Source of the DNA: a virus
Lineage: Duplodnaviria > Caudoviricetes
Direction: 5' to 3' (one strand)
IMG/VR virus record: IMGVR_UViG_3300020043_002162
Coordinates: 1 to 34,880 of that record
DNA: 34,880 bases
Shown: positions 1-8,760 of the stretch, in pieces
How the letters are laid out: each line of letters begins with the position of its first letter
Numbering within the stretch: the stretch's first letter is position 1
Program-made: the position numbers and the translations under genes
Notes under the pieces: model-generated
What the model was told of the DNA's origin: nothing
Database searches by the model: none
What the model saw: only the letters and a program-made list of their open reading frames with translations

Positions 1-2
1 TA

Positions 3-2195
3 AATGGATATTTAACATCTACAGATTGGAGTATATTTAATGGGAAACAAAATTCTTTAGGATATACACCTGAAAACGTAGCGAATAAATCAGATAGTTA
101 TACATTATCTTCAACAACTACATATCCAAACACTAAGGCTTTAGTTGATGGGTTAGGAACTAAATTTACTTTACCTTCATTAACTTCAGGTTCAGTTTTA
201 TTTTCAAATGGAACAACTATTAATCAAGATAATACAAATTTCTTTTGGGATAATACGAATAAAAGGTTAGGGATTGGAACGAATGCACCTGCTGTTACTT
301 TCGATGTAACAGGGATAGCAAGAATTACAAATGGAATAAGAGTTAATAATGTTGGTATTGCATATGGTCCTTGGGGGCAAAATCCTTTAGAGATTGGAAC
401 AAATGGAAGTCATTTTATAATACAAGCTACAAATGGAGGCAATACTTCTTTTGGTTCAACTGTTAATTTAGGTGCGAAAGTAGGTATCAAAGCACCTGGA
501 GCATTATCAACAGATATAGCTTTGAGAGTTCGAAATAGTGCTGATACTGCTGATTTAATGACTGTTAACGGAGATAATAATATTTTTGTAATAAATAATG
601 GTTCAAGTGGTGTTTTTAATATTTCTAATGGAAGTAATTACGGATTATCAATTTATGGTTTTCAAAATTCTCCTGTAATCGGGGCATTTACATCAATTGG
701 ATTTGGACAAATTGCTACAAGTAAAACACAAGGAACATTGTCATCTCATACAATGTTTTTAGATGTAGTTAATAAAAATGTAGGAATTGGAACAACTACG
801 CCAACGGTTGGATTAGATACAAGAGGTGGTTTTAATTTATATACTGCTTTAGGTAGTCACTATTTAACTTCAAGTTCAGTAAGTTCAACAGACGCCACTT
901 TAAAATTCACAAGAGGCTCAGAAAATGGTTGGTATAGATTTAAATTTGGAAGCGGACTTGAAATAGCTTCAGATAATTCAAGTGGAGAATGTAGATTTAA
1001 TGCTCCTGCTGGTGGTTTTTTTAGTACTTTTTACTCAAATGGAGTAGAAAGAATGAGAATGACAACAACAGGAAATACTTTAATCAACACCACAACAGAC
1101 AACGGTGGTAAACTTCAAATCAAAGCACCTGGAGCATTATCAACTGATATAGCTTTGAGAGTTAGAAATAGTGCTGATACTTTAGATATAGTTACAGTTC
1201 AAGGAGATGGAAGTTTAAAAATAGGACAAACCTCTGCAACGGTTGGAAGTTTAATAGTAACGGGTCAACTTGGAAATGCAGGTGCAACTTCAGCAAATTT
1301 TAACTCAACTAATAATAATATGAGTTTTAATGCAGGTTATTATTTTGCATTTAGATGTACAAATGATTCAAATAAGATATTATTTGGAACTGCTTACGAT
1401 AGTCCTTCAGCAACAACATTTGGATATAATGAAAGAAGATATGTAGTAGGAGCAAGTACAATGGATACTTCAGCTGTTTTACAATCAGATAGTACCACAA
1501 AAGGCTTCCTTCCTCCAAGAATGACAACTGTACAACGTGATGCAATAGTAACGCCTGCAACGGGTTTACAAGTTTATAATACTACATTAGGAACACAAGA
1601 TTTCTATAATGGTACAAGTTGGAATAGATTTGGAACACAAACTTTAATTAGAGCAGGTGGAGCATTATCAACTGATATAGCTTTACGAGTTCGTAATAGT
1701 GCTGATACTGCTGATTTGATGACTGTTAATGGATTGGGTACATTGTCACTTCCTTCAGTAACAAACGCAGTTAGTTCATTTTCTTTAATTGCGCCTACAA
1801 GAGCATTTTATTTTACTACAAATTCAGGTGGCGGTAAATTTAATTCAATAGGAGCAGGGCCAAATGGAGCAACAGGGTCACCAGGGTCTTTTGGTTTTGT
1901 AATAAGTAATGGTTGGAATTTTTCAATTGGACTTGATGATTCTGTAGCAAATTCATTATTCACAACTTCACTTACTGGAAATAATGTAGGGCAAGTTAGA
2001 ATAGGAACTCAGGAAAGTAATACAAGTGCTATTTTAAGTACAAACTCAACTACTCAAGGTTTCCTCCCTCCAAGAATGACAAACGCACAAAGATTAGCAA
2101 TAGCTACACCTGCAGTTGGATTGATGGTTTATTGCACAGATGCAACAGAAGGTTTATATATTAACAAGTCCACAGGATGGGCATTTATAATTTAA
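3..2195 (+). CDS. Tail fibre / receptor-binding protein, 5'-truncated by the window edge
   Basis: The frame of the 522..2195 ORF is open back to position 3 (NGYLTSTDWSIFNGKQNSLGYTPENVANK...FFWDNTNKRLGIGT), so the TTG at 522 is unlikely to be the true start. The protein is G/S/T/N-rich with typical Bacteroidota-phage fibre modules (GIGTTTP, ERMR-TTTGN, GFLPPRMT..QR.AI.TPA.GL.VY). Confidence 0.8.
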   Translation, partial: NGYLTSTDWSIFNGKQNSLGYTPENVANKSDSYTLSSTTTYPNTKALVDGLGTKFTLPSLTSGSVLFSNGTTINQDNTNFFWDNTNKRLGIGTNAPAVTFDVTGIARITNGIRVNNVGIAYGPWGQNPLEIGTNGSHFIIQATNGGNTSFGSTVNLGAKVGIKAPGALSTDIALRVRNSADTADLMTVNGDNNIFVINNGSSGVFNISNGSNYGLSIYGFQNSPVIGAFTSIGFGQIATSKTQGTLSSHTMFLDVVNKNVGIGTTTPTVGLDTRGGFNLYTALGSHYLTSSSVSSTDATLKFTRGSENGWYRFKFGSGLEIASDNSSGECRFNAPAGGFFSTFYSNGVERMRMTTTGNTLINTTTDNGGKLQIKAPGALSTDIALRVRNSADTLDIVTVQGDGSLKIGQTSATVGSLIVTGQLGNAGATSANFNSTNNNMSFNAGYYFAFRCTNDSNKILFGTAYDSPSATTFGYNERRYVVGASTMDTSAVLQSDSTTKGFLPPRMTTVQRDAIVTPATGLQVYNTTLGTQDFYNGTSWNRFGTQTLIRAGGALSTDIALRVRNSADTADLMTVNGLGTLSLPSVTNAVSSFSLIAPTRAFYFTTNSGGGKFNSIGAGPNGATGSPGSFGFVISNGWNFSIGLDDSVANSLFTTSLTGNNVGQVRIGTQESNTSAILSTNSTTQGFLPPRMTNAQRLAIATPAVGLMVYCTDATEGLYINKSTGWAFII
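486..572 (+). repeat. In-frame direct repeat copy 1 (IKAPGALSTDIALRVRNSADTADLMTVNG)
   Basis: 486-548 matches 1119-1181 at 61/63 nt. 498-572 matches 1659-1733 at 69/75 nt. Confidence 0.95.
1119..1181 (+). repeat. In-frame direct repeat copy 2
   Basis: atcaaagcacctggagcattatcaactgatatagctttgagagttagaaatagtgctgatact; two synonymous differences from copy 1. Confidence 0.95.
1659..1733 (+). repeat. In-frame direct repeat copy 3
   Basis: Encodes GALSTDIALRVRNSADTADLMTVNG; six differences from copy 1, all synonymous. Confidence 0.95.
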
Positions 2196-2212
2196 CAAAT
2201 AAATAAATAAAA

Positions 2213-2521
2213 ATGGGATTATTAGTAAGTGCTACGGCAGAAAAAAAGATTTTAATTAAAGGTACAGAGATTGAATTACCAAGCGTTTATGTTCGTTTAG
2301 AATATGGAGCAAGAGCAAATGGTGTAACGTTAGAAATAGCAGCTACAACGTATGATTCAGAAGCAGCGTATAAAGCAGGCGGAAGTTCTTTGATTACAGA
2401 TGTACCACAATCAAATATTGTAGTTGAACTAGAAGAAGGTCAATTGCAAGATTTAACAAGTGCAGAACTATATGCAAAAGCTAACTACGAAGAGCTTGAG
2501 TATATAGTTGAAATTATTTAA
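2213..2521 (+). CDS. Hypothetical protein, possible tail-fibre-associated/chaperone protein (102 aa)
   Basis: Clean ATG ORF with an A-rich leader directly after the fibre gene; function inferred from position only. Confidence 0.6.
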   Translation: MGLLVSATAEKKILIKGTEIELPSVYVRLEYGARANGVTLEIAATTYDSEAAYKAGGSSLITDVPQSNIVVELEEGQLQDLTSAELYAKANYEELEYIVEII

Positions 2522-2522
2522 C

Positions 2523-2530
2523 TATCTTTG
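2523..2530 (+). promoter_or_regulatory. Bacteroidota-type -7 promoter box (TAnnTTTG)
   Basis: TATCTTTG followed by taaaaaaaa in a 26-nt intergenic gap, 17 nt before the ATG at 2548. Confidence 0.7.
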
Positions 2531-2547
2531 TAAAAAAAATTAATCAA

Positions 2548-2787
2548 ATGAAAGTATTAGAAAAACAAGAATTAGAATCGTTGAAGGAAATTAATGGTAA
2601 ATTTAATTCCTTAAGAAACTCTATAGCAGACACTGAGATCTCTATAAAGCAACTAGAAAACAATAAAGTTTTAATATTTGCAGAGTTGGAAAAGGTATCA
2701 TTAGAGCATAAAGAAATTGAAACGTCTTTATTCGAAAAGTATGGTAAGGTAAGTGTTAACCTAGAAAATGGAGAGATAAATGACTAA
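2548..2787 (+). CDS. Small coiled-coil hypothetical protein (79 aa)
   Basis: Heptad-like E/K/L pattern ending KYGKVSVNLENGEI. Confidence 0.7.
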   Translation: MKVLEKQELESLKEINGKFNSLRNSIADTEISIKQLENNKVLIFAELEKVSLEHKEIETSLFEKYGKVSVNLENGEIND

Positions 2788-2992
2788 GATAAGTGAATAT
2801 GCTGAAATATCAATAGCCACGACTGATGACCTATTGATTGGAACCGATGTGACTCAATCTAACGAAACTAAAAACTTTGGTATTCAACAGATAATTGATC
2901 TAACACTAGAGCCAGGAGTTAGCGGTACATTCGTATCTCTTGACGAAAAAACTATCACTGTAGTTAACGGTCTAATTACGTCTATAGTATAA
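2780..2992 (+). CDS. Short fibre-like structural protein (70 aa)
   Basis: N-terminus MTKISEY...DLLIGTD....TKNF resembles fibre anchor motifs. C-terminus SGTF.S.D.KTITVVNGLITSI resembles fibre end motifs. Overlaps the upstream stop. Confidence 0.55.
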   Translation: MTKISEYAEISIATTDDLLIGTDVTQSNETKNFGIQQIIDLTLEPGVSGTFVSLDEKTITVVNGLITSIV

Positions 2993-2995
2993 CCA

Positions 2996-3220
2996 ATGGA
3001 TATTCGTAAAATATCAATAGGTCCAGACTATAAAAACGCTATGAGCTATCTCCAGGGACAAGAAGTCCTTGGAGGTTCTCATAAGATACACCTTATATTC
3101 TTCGATGAGTTTAAGGATAGTTTTAAGATATGGATAGAGAATGATTCTGACGAGGTATTACTTTGGAAGGAGTTCAACTCTAACATGCCAGTTTCTATAG
3201 AGTATAATATAAACTTCTAA
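2996..3220 (+). CDS. Conserved phage hypothetical protein (74 aa)
   Basis: Tightly packed ORF (IRKISIGPDYK...WKEFNSNMPVSIEYNI) immediately before the GroES-like gene. Confidence 0.7.
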   Translation: MDIRKISIGPDYKNAMSYLQGQEVLGGSHKIHLIFFDEFKDSFKIWIENDSDEVLLWKEFNSNMPVSIEYNINF

Positions 3221-3787
3221 ATGAAGTCTCCTTATTGCTTTATCGTAAAGCCATTAGATGGTAAGCGATATAATAACACCAAAGAGGTTGGAGGTATTAA
3301 TCTAGTAGTAAGTACATCTCAAGAGGACCATACCGTATCTAATAGACTAGGCGTAGTAGAGAGTACTCCTATAGGATATACTGGAGAGATAGTTCCTGGA
3401 GACCTGCTACTTGTACATCATAATGTATTTAAACTATATTATGATATGAAAGGAAACGAAAAGAGCGGAGCAAGTTTTCTTAAGGATGACTTGTTTATGG
3501 TAGATGAGGAACAATTCTTTATGTACCTTCACAATAATAAATGGAGTGCTCACTCTAAGTATTGCTTTATCAAACCAGTTAAAAGTAGGGAGTCTATAAT
3601 ATATAAGAATACAGAAGAGGAGCCCCTAATTGGAACTATAGAGCACATAAATCAAGAGTTGCTAGATCTAGGTCTAAGCATTGGAGATGAGATCTCGTTT
3701 GAGCCAAATAGTGAGTACCCATTTTATATAAATGATGAGAAGCTATACAGGATGCTTACAAAAAATATTACAATCAAATGGAATTAA
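3221..3787 (+). CDS. GroES-like co-chaperonin with two tandem GroES-like domains
   Basis: Two halves each begin (Y)CFI(V)KP. The first has a GG-I-L mobile-loop-like segment, G-V-V and IVPGDLLLV; the second has G-T-I, LSIGDEISF and an EY...IN.EKLY tail. Confidence 0.7.
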   Translation: MKSPYCFIVKPLDGKRYNNTKEVGGINLVVSTSQEDHTVSNRLGVVESTPIGYTGEIVPGDLLLVHHNVFKLYYDMKGNEKSGASFLKDDLFMVDEEQFFMYLHNNKWSAHSKYCFIKPVKSRESIIYKNTEEEPLIGTIEHINQELLDLGLSIGDEISFEPNSEYPFYINDEKLYRMLTKNITIKWN

Positions 3788-4059
3788 AGTCAATTAAAGA
3801 AAGAATTATAGCTGCTGGTTATAAGGCAGTAGAGGAATTAATCAAGATCGCTGAGGATAAGGTATTATCTGGTGGAGATGATGACCTGTCTGCTGATAAA
3901 CTTAAGAATGCTGCTGCCACAAAACGCCTTGCAATAGAAGATGCCTTTCAAATCTTAAATAGGATAGAGCTAGAGCAAGAAAAACTAATTGATGATTCTG
4001 TAACAAGTGTAAAAACCGAACCTAAAGTACAAGGATTTGCAGAAAGACGATCAAAATAA
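3778..4059 (+). CDS. terS: Putative terminase small subunit
   Basis: Small helical protein directly upstream of, and overlapping, the large terminase; assignment by synteny. Confidence 0.55.
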   Translation: MELKSIKERIIAAGYKAVEELIKIAEDKVLSGGDDDLSADKLKNAAATKRLAIEDAFQILNRIELEQEKLIDDSVTSVKTEPKVQGFAERRSK

Positions 4060-6289
4060 TTTATATACTATAGTTAATGACCACGTCCCTCCTCAGGTTA
4101 TTGTTGTAAAAAACAAAAGCAAGAGTTGGGAGTATGGCTATAACGAGAAGTATGATATGGTGGTAATATCTAAGGATGGCACTATAGGTGATATTTATAA
4201 TATAAGTGGACTACTAGTGGCGCTGCCATCTGTTCCGAATTCAGTATATAAGCGTGACGATAAAAAAGAAAATCAGTACTGGGAACCATCTGAGTACCCT
4301 AAAGAACTTAGCAATATTAAGACTATATTCAACTGGCACACTATGCCTAAGAATTTTAAGGATGAGTGGGTTGACTATATAGAAGGAGAGTTTGACAGGA
4401 GGGAGCACGGATTCTTCTTTATGAATAATGGAGTTAGTACCTACATCACTGGATCGCACTATATGTACTTGCAGTGGACCAAGATCGATGTTGGACTTCC
4501 AGACTACCGTGAGGCTAATAGGATATACTTTATATTCTGGGAAGCCTGTAAGGCTGATAGCCGTTCGTTTGGAATGGTGTATCTAAAGATTAGACGTTCT
4601 GGATTCTCATTTATGGGATCAAATGAACTATCTAATACTGGAACACTTGCAAAGGATGCAAGACTTGGAATCCTATCAAAGACTGGTAACGATGCCAAGA
4701 CGATGTTTACAAACAAGGTTGTGCCAATTATAAGTAACTATCCATTCTTCTTCAAGCCTATTCAGGACGGTATGGATAAGCCAAAGACAGAGCTTGCGTT
4801 TAGGGTTCCTGCGGCTAAGATTACAAAGAAGAATATGTATGAAAGTACAGATAATAATTCAGACATAAAAGGTCTTGATACTACTATTGACTGGAAGAAT
4901 ACTGCTGATAACAGCTATGATGGTGAAAAACTACTGCTGCTAGTACATGACGAAAGCGGTAAATGGATTAAGCCAGACAACATCTTAAATAACTGGCGTG
5001 TAACTAAGACCTGTCTTAGGTTGGGTTCTAAAATCATTGGAAAGTGTATGATGGGATCAACTCCTAATGCACTTGAAAAGGGAGGAGCTAACTTTAAAAA
5101 ATTATACGAAGAATCAAACGTAAACACTCGTAATGCCAATGGTCAGACCAAGTCTGGTATGTACTCTCTATATATACCAATGGAGTGGAACTTTGAGGGT
5201 TATATCGATAGATATGGAATGCCTGTATTTAGAAAGCCAGCAAAACCAGTACTTGGTATAGATGGACAGATGATATCTAATGGAGCCATTGACTACTGGG
5301 AGAACGAGGTATCTTCGTTAAAGAATGATGCTGACGCACTGAACGAGTTTTATAGACAGTTTTCAAGGACAGAATCTCACGCGTTTAGAGATGAGAGTAA
5401 GGCATCTATATTCAATCTAACGAAGATATACCAGCAAATCGATTATAACGACTCTTTAATTAAGGATAGGGTACTTACACGAGGCTCTTTTAGTTGGTTA
5501 AATGGAGAGAAGGATACAAAGGTGGTATGGACTCCAGATCCAAGGGGTAGATTTAATGTATCTTGGATTCCAGAGAAGGACTTGCAGAACAGGATTATTT
5601 ATAAGAACGGAATGAAGTATCCAGGTAACGACCATATTGGAGCGTTCGGATGCGATCCATACGATATATCTGGTACAGTTGGTGGCGGAGGATCTAATGG
5701 TTCTCTTCACGGTCTTACCAAGTTTAATATGGACAACGCACCAAGTAACCAGTTCTTCTTAGAGTACATTGCAAGGCCACAGACCGCAGAGATATTCTTT
5801 GAGGAGGTTTTAATGGCGTGCGTGTTCTATGGTATGCCAATCTTGGTGGAGAACAATAAGCCAAGGCTGCTGTATCATTTAAAGAATAGGGGGTACAGAG
5901 GATTTTCTATTAACAGGCCAGATAAGCACTATAATAACCTCTCTAAGACAGAGAAAGAGCTTGGAGGTATTCCTAACTCTTCTGAGGATGTTAAGCAGTC
6001 TCACGCGTCTGCAATTGAGTCGTACATTGAAAAGTATGTAGGTCTTGATTTAGAGGGAACATATAGAGACTCTGACGAGATGGGTTCGATGTACTTTACA
6101 CGAACAATCGAGGAGTGGTCTAAGTTTGACATAAATAATAGGACCAAGTTTGATGCTGCAATTAGTTCAGGATTAGCTATCATGGCTAATCAAAAAAATC
6201 AGTATGCACAAGTTAAAAAAGAATCGAAAATAATCTTTAACTTTGCAAAGTATAATAATAGCGGAACGCAGAGCGAAATAATAAGATAA
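4037..6289 (+). CDS. terL: Terminase large subunit
   Basis: Walker A-like LKIRRSGFS, Walker B LLVHDESGKW, motif III-like GSTPN, nuclease GCDPYD, VENN and KFDAAISSG. Sits before the portal. Start uncertain (TTG 4037; first ATG 4157). Confidence 0.92.
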   Translation: MQKDDQNNLYTIVNDHVPPQVIVVKNKSKSWEYGYNEKYDMVVISKDGTIGDIYNISGLLVALPSVPNSVYKRDDKKENQYWEPSEYPKELSNIKTIFNWHTMPKNFKDEWVDYIEGEFDRREHGFFFMNNGVSTYITGSHYMYLQWTKIDVGLPDYREANRIYFIFWEACKADSRSFGMVYLKIRRSGFSFMGSNELSNTGTLAKDARLGILSKTGNDAKTMFTNKVVPIISNYPFFFKPIQDGMDKPKTELAFRVPAAKITKKNMYESTDNNSDIKGLDTTIDWKNTADNSYDGEKLLLLVHDESGKWIKPDNILNNWRVTKTCLRLGSKIIGKCMMGSTPNALEKGGANFKKLYEESNVNTRNANGQTKSGMYSLYIPMEWNFEGYIDRYGMPVFRKPAKPVLGIDGQMISNGAIDYWENEVSSLKNDADALNEFYRQFSRTESHAFRDESKASIFNLTKIYQQIDYNDSLIKDRVLTRGSFSWLNGEKDTKVVWTPDPRGRFNVSWIPEKDLQNRIIYKNGMKYPGNDHIGAFGCDPYDISGTVGGGGSNGSLHGLTKFNMDNAPSNQFFLEYIARPQTAEIFFEEVLMACVFYGMPILVENNKPRLLYHLKNRGYRGFSINRPDKHYNNLSKTEKELGGIPNSSEDVKQSHASAIESYIEKYVGLDLEGTYRDSDEMGSMYFTRTIEEWSKFDINNRTKFDAAISSGLAIMANQKNQYAQVKKESKIIFNFAKYNNSGTQSEIIR
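6238..6245 (+). promoter_or_regulatory. Possible internal TAnnTTTG promoter box for the portal gene
   Basis: taactttgcaaa, identical to the 12-mer at 8740, lies in the 3' end of terL 44 nt before the portal ATG. Confidence 0.4.
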
Positions 6290-8722
6290 ATGAAGGACGT
6301 AAGTATTAAGATTAATCCAACTAGCTTTCCTAACCAATTTGCTTCGGATAAAGAGAAGGAGTCAATAGAATACGGGTTACAGATAGGCCAGAGTATTACA
6401 TATGAGTGGTTTAAGAAAGATAGTAATGGATGTAGATTTTACGACCAGCGTGCAAACTTTCACAAATTAAGGCTATACGCAAGAGGCGAACAGTCTATTG
6501 GAAAATATAAGAATGAACTATCTGTTGATGGAGACTTGAGTCACCTTAATTTAGATTGGACTCCTGTACCTATTATACCAAAGTTTATTGATATAGTGGT
6601 AAATGGAATGACAGATAGAATGTTTAAGGTTAAGGCTTATGCGCAGGATGCTATGTCTACCGATAAACGTTCAAGGTTCCAGAATGCTGTGCAGACAGAT
6701 ATGGCTGCTAAAGATTTACTACTTCAAGTAAAAGGGCAGTTTGGTATCGATGCATTTGATACTCCTCCAGAGGATCTTCCAGAGACAGATGATGAGCTTT
6801 CATTGTTCATGCAGATTAACTACAAGCCTGCTATAGAGATAGCTGAAGAACAAGCAATTAACACAATATTTGACGATAATAAATATAACGATATTCGTAA
6901 GAGTATTGATTTAGACATTGCTACCATTGGAGTAGGAATGGCTAAGCATATGTTCTTACCTGGAGATGGTGTTAGAATTGAGTATGTTGATCCAGCTAAT
7001 GTAGTATATAGCTATACTGAGAATCCATACTTTAAGGACTGTTTCTATTGGGGAGAAGTTAAGATGGTTCACACAACTGAGCTTATGAAGATTGATCCTA
7101 CACTTACTACCGATCAGTTGGCTGAGATAGCTAAGTACGGAGAGTCTTGGAATAGCCAGTACGGATTGTCTCAATTAAATAATAGTTTATTCAGTAGAGA
7201 TACAGCTACATTGCTTTACTTTAACTATAAGACTACTAAGAAGATAGTATACAAGAAGAAGAAGTTAGAGAACGGTACCGAGAAGATGATACCTAAGGAC
7301 GATAGCTTTAATCCTCCACAGGAGATGATGGAAGAAGGAAACTTTGAAAAGATTGAAAAGACTATCGATGTTTGGTACGATGGTATAATGGTTGCTGGTA
7401 CAAATATTATGTTGAAGTGGGAGTTATCTAAGAATATGGTACGACCTAAATCAGCTACACAGCACGCAATACCTAATTATGTAGCATGTGCTCCAAGGAT
7501 GTATAAAGGGAATATTGAGTCATTGGTAAAAAGAATGGTTCCATTCGCTGATTTAATTCAGATTATTCACCTTAAGATGCAACAAGTATTGGCTAAGGTA
7601 GTTCCTGATGGTGTATTTATTGATGCCGATGGTATTAATGAGGTAGACCTTGGTACAGGTGCGGCATATAATCCAGAGGATGCTTTGAGATTATACTTCC
7701 AAACAGGTAGTGTGATTGGTAGAAGCTACACTGGAGATGGAGAATTCAATAATGCAAGGATTCCAATCTCAGAACTAGGTACAAATAGCGGTCAAGCTAA
7801 ATTACAAAGCTTAATCGGTAGTTATAACCACTATATGGGTATGATTAGAGATGTAACTGGTCTAAACGAAGCACGTGATGGTTCAACTCCTAATCCTGAT
7901 GCATTGGTTGGAGTTCAGAAGTTAGCAGCATTAAATTCAAACACAGCAACAAGACATATATTAGAATCAAGTTTATATATCACACGTTCATTATCAGAGG
8001 CTATATCTTATAGAGTTGCAGATATTTTAGAGTACTCGGACTTTAAGGAAGAGTTTACTAATCAGATCGGTAGATATAGTGTAGGAATATTGGAAGATAT
8101 TAAGGACCTATACATCTATGACTTTGGTATCTTTATAGAGGTAACTCCTGACGAGGAAGAGAAGGCACAATTAGAACAGAACATTCAGATATCATTATCT
8201 CGTGATTCTATCTTATTAGAGGATGCTATTGATATTAGAGAGATGCGTAATCTTAAACTAGCTAACCAGCTTCTTAAACTTAAAAGAAAGAAGAGAGAAG
8301 AGCAGAAACAAAAACAAGCACAGGAGGCTCAGCAGATGCAAGGTCAGTTACAACAACAGTCACAGCAATTAGCTGCGCAGGTTGCATTGCAACAGGTACA
8401 GGCAGAAACTCAGGCTAAGTTACGGGTAAAACAGGCTGAATCAGCTTTTGATATTCAGAAGATGCAGAGTGAAGTTCAAGCCAAGTTACAGTTAATGCAG
8501 CTTGAGTTTGATTACAATATGCAGCTAAAAGGAATTGAGGTTCAGACTACAAAGTCAAAAGAGCAGATGAAGGAAGACGCAAAAGATAAGCGTGTTAGTT
8601 TACAGAATACACAACAATCTAAGCTGATTGATCAACGTAAAAACAACTTACCACCAGTGGATTTTGAGTCTACAAATGATAACTTAGATGCGTTTGATTT
8701 GTCTAAATTTGGACCAAGATAA
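6290..8722 (+). CDS. Portal protein (810 aa)
   Basis: Follows terL directly. Size, PVPIIPKFIDIVVNG and GLNEARDG segments and a long Q-rich C-terminal coiled coil are typical of podoviral/crAss-like portals. Confidence 0.88.
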   Translation: MKDVSIKINPTSFPNQFASDKEKESIEYGLQIGQSITYEWFKKDSNGCRFYDQRANFHKLRLYARGEQSIGKYKNELSVDGDLSHLNLDWTPVPIIPKFIDIVVNGMTDRMFKVKAYAQDAMSTDKRSRFQNAVQTDMAAKDLLLQVKGQFGIDAFDTPPEDLPETDDELSLFMQINYKPAIEIAEEQAINTIFDDNKYNDIRKSIDLDIATIGVGMAKHMFLPGDGVRIEYVDPANVVYSYTENPYFKDCFYWGEVKMVHTTELMKIDPTLTTDQLAEIAKYGESWNSQYGLSQLNNSLFSRDTATLLYFNYKTTKKIVYKKKKLENGTEKMIPKDDSFNPPQEMMEEGNFEKIEKTIDVWYDGIMVAGTNIMLKWELSKNMVRPKSATQHAIPNYVACAPRMYKGNIESLVKRMVPFADLIQIIHLKMQQVLAKVVPDGVFIDADGINEVDLGTGAAYNPEDALRLYFQTGSVIGRSYTGDGEFNNARIPISELGTNSGQAKLQSLIGSYNHYMGMIRDVTGLNEARDGSTPNPDALVGVQKLAALNSNTATRHILESSLYITRSLSEAISYRVADILEYSDFKEEFTNQIGRYSVGILEDIKDLYIYDFGIFIEVTPDEEEKAQLEQNIQISLSRDSILLEDAIDIREMRNLKLANQLLKLKRKKREEQKQKQAQEAQQMQGQLQQQSQQLAAQVALQQVQAETQAKLRVKQAESAFDIQKMQSEVQAKLQLMQLEFDYNMQLKGIEVQTTKSKEQMKEDAKDKRVSLQNTQQSKLIDQRKNNLPPVDFESTNDNLDAFDLSKFGPR

Positions 8723-8739
8723 CATATAAAATTAATAAC

Positions 8740-8747
8740 TAACTTTG
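8740..8747 (+). promoter_or_regulatory. Bacteroidota-type -7 promoter box
   Basis: TAACTTTG followed by caaaaaaa, intergenic, 13 nt before the ATG at 8761. Confidence 0.65.
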
Positions 8748-8760
8748 CAAAAAAATATAT

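Noticed and set aside
522-524. TTG start given for the first ORF
   Set aside because: The frame is open from position 3 and the TTG lies inside repeat copy 1; the gene most likely starts upstream of the window.
486-1733. Repeats as a DGR template/variable pair, CRISPR array or shufflon
   Set aside because: Differences are synonymous rather than adenine-specific, and spacing is over 500 nt and in frame. All copies are direct, and the window has no reverse transcriptase, cas gene or invertase.
8290-8530. CAG/CAA-rich stretch as a tandem repeat locus
   Set aside because: It encodes the ordinary Q-rich coiled-coil tail of the portal; there is no exact DNA periodicity.
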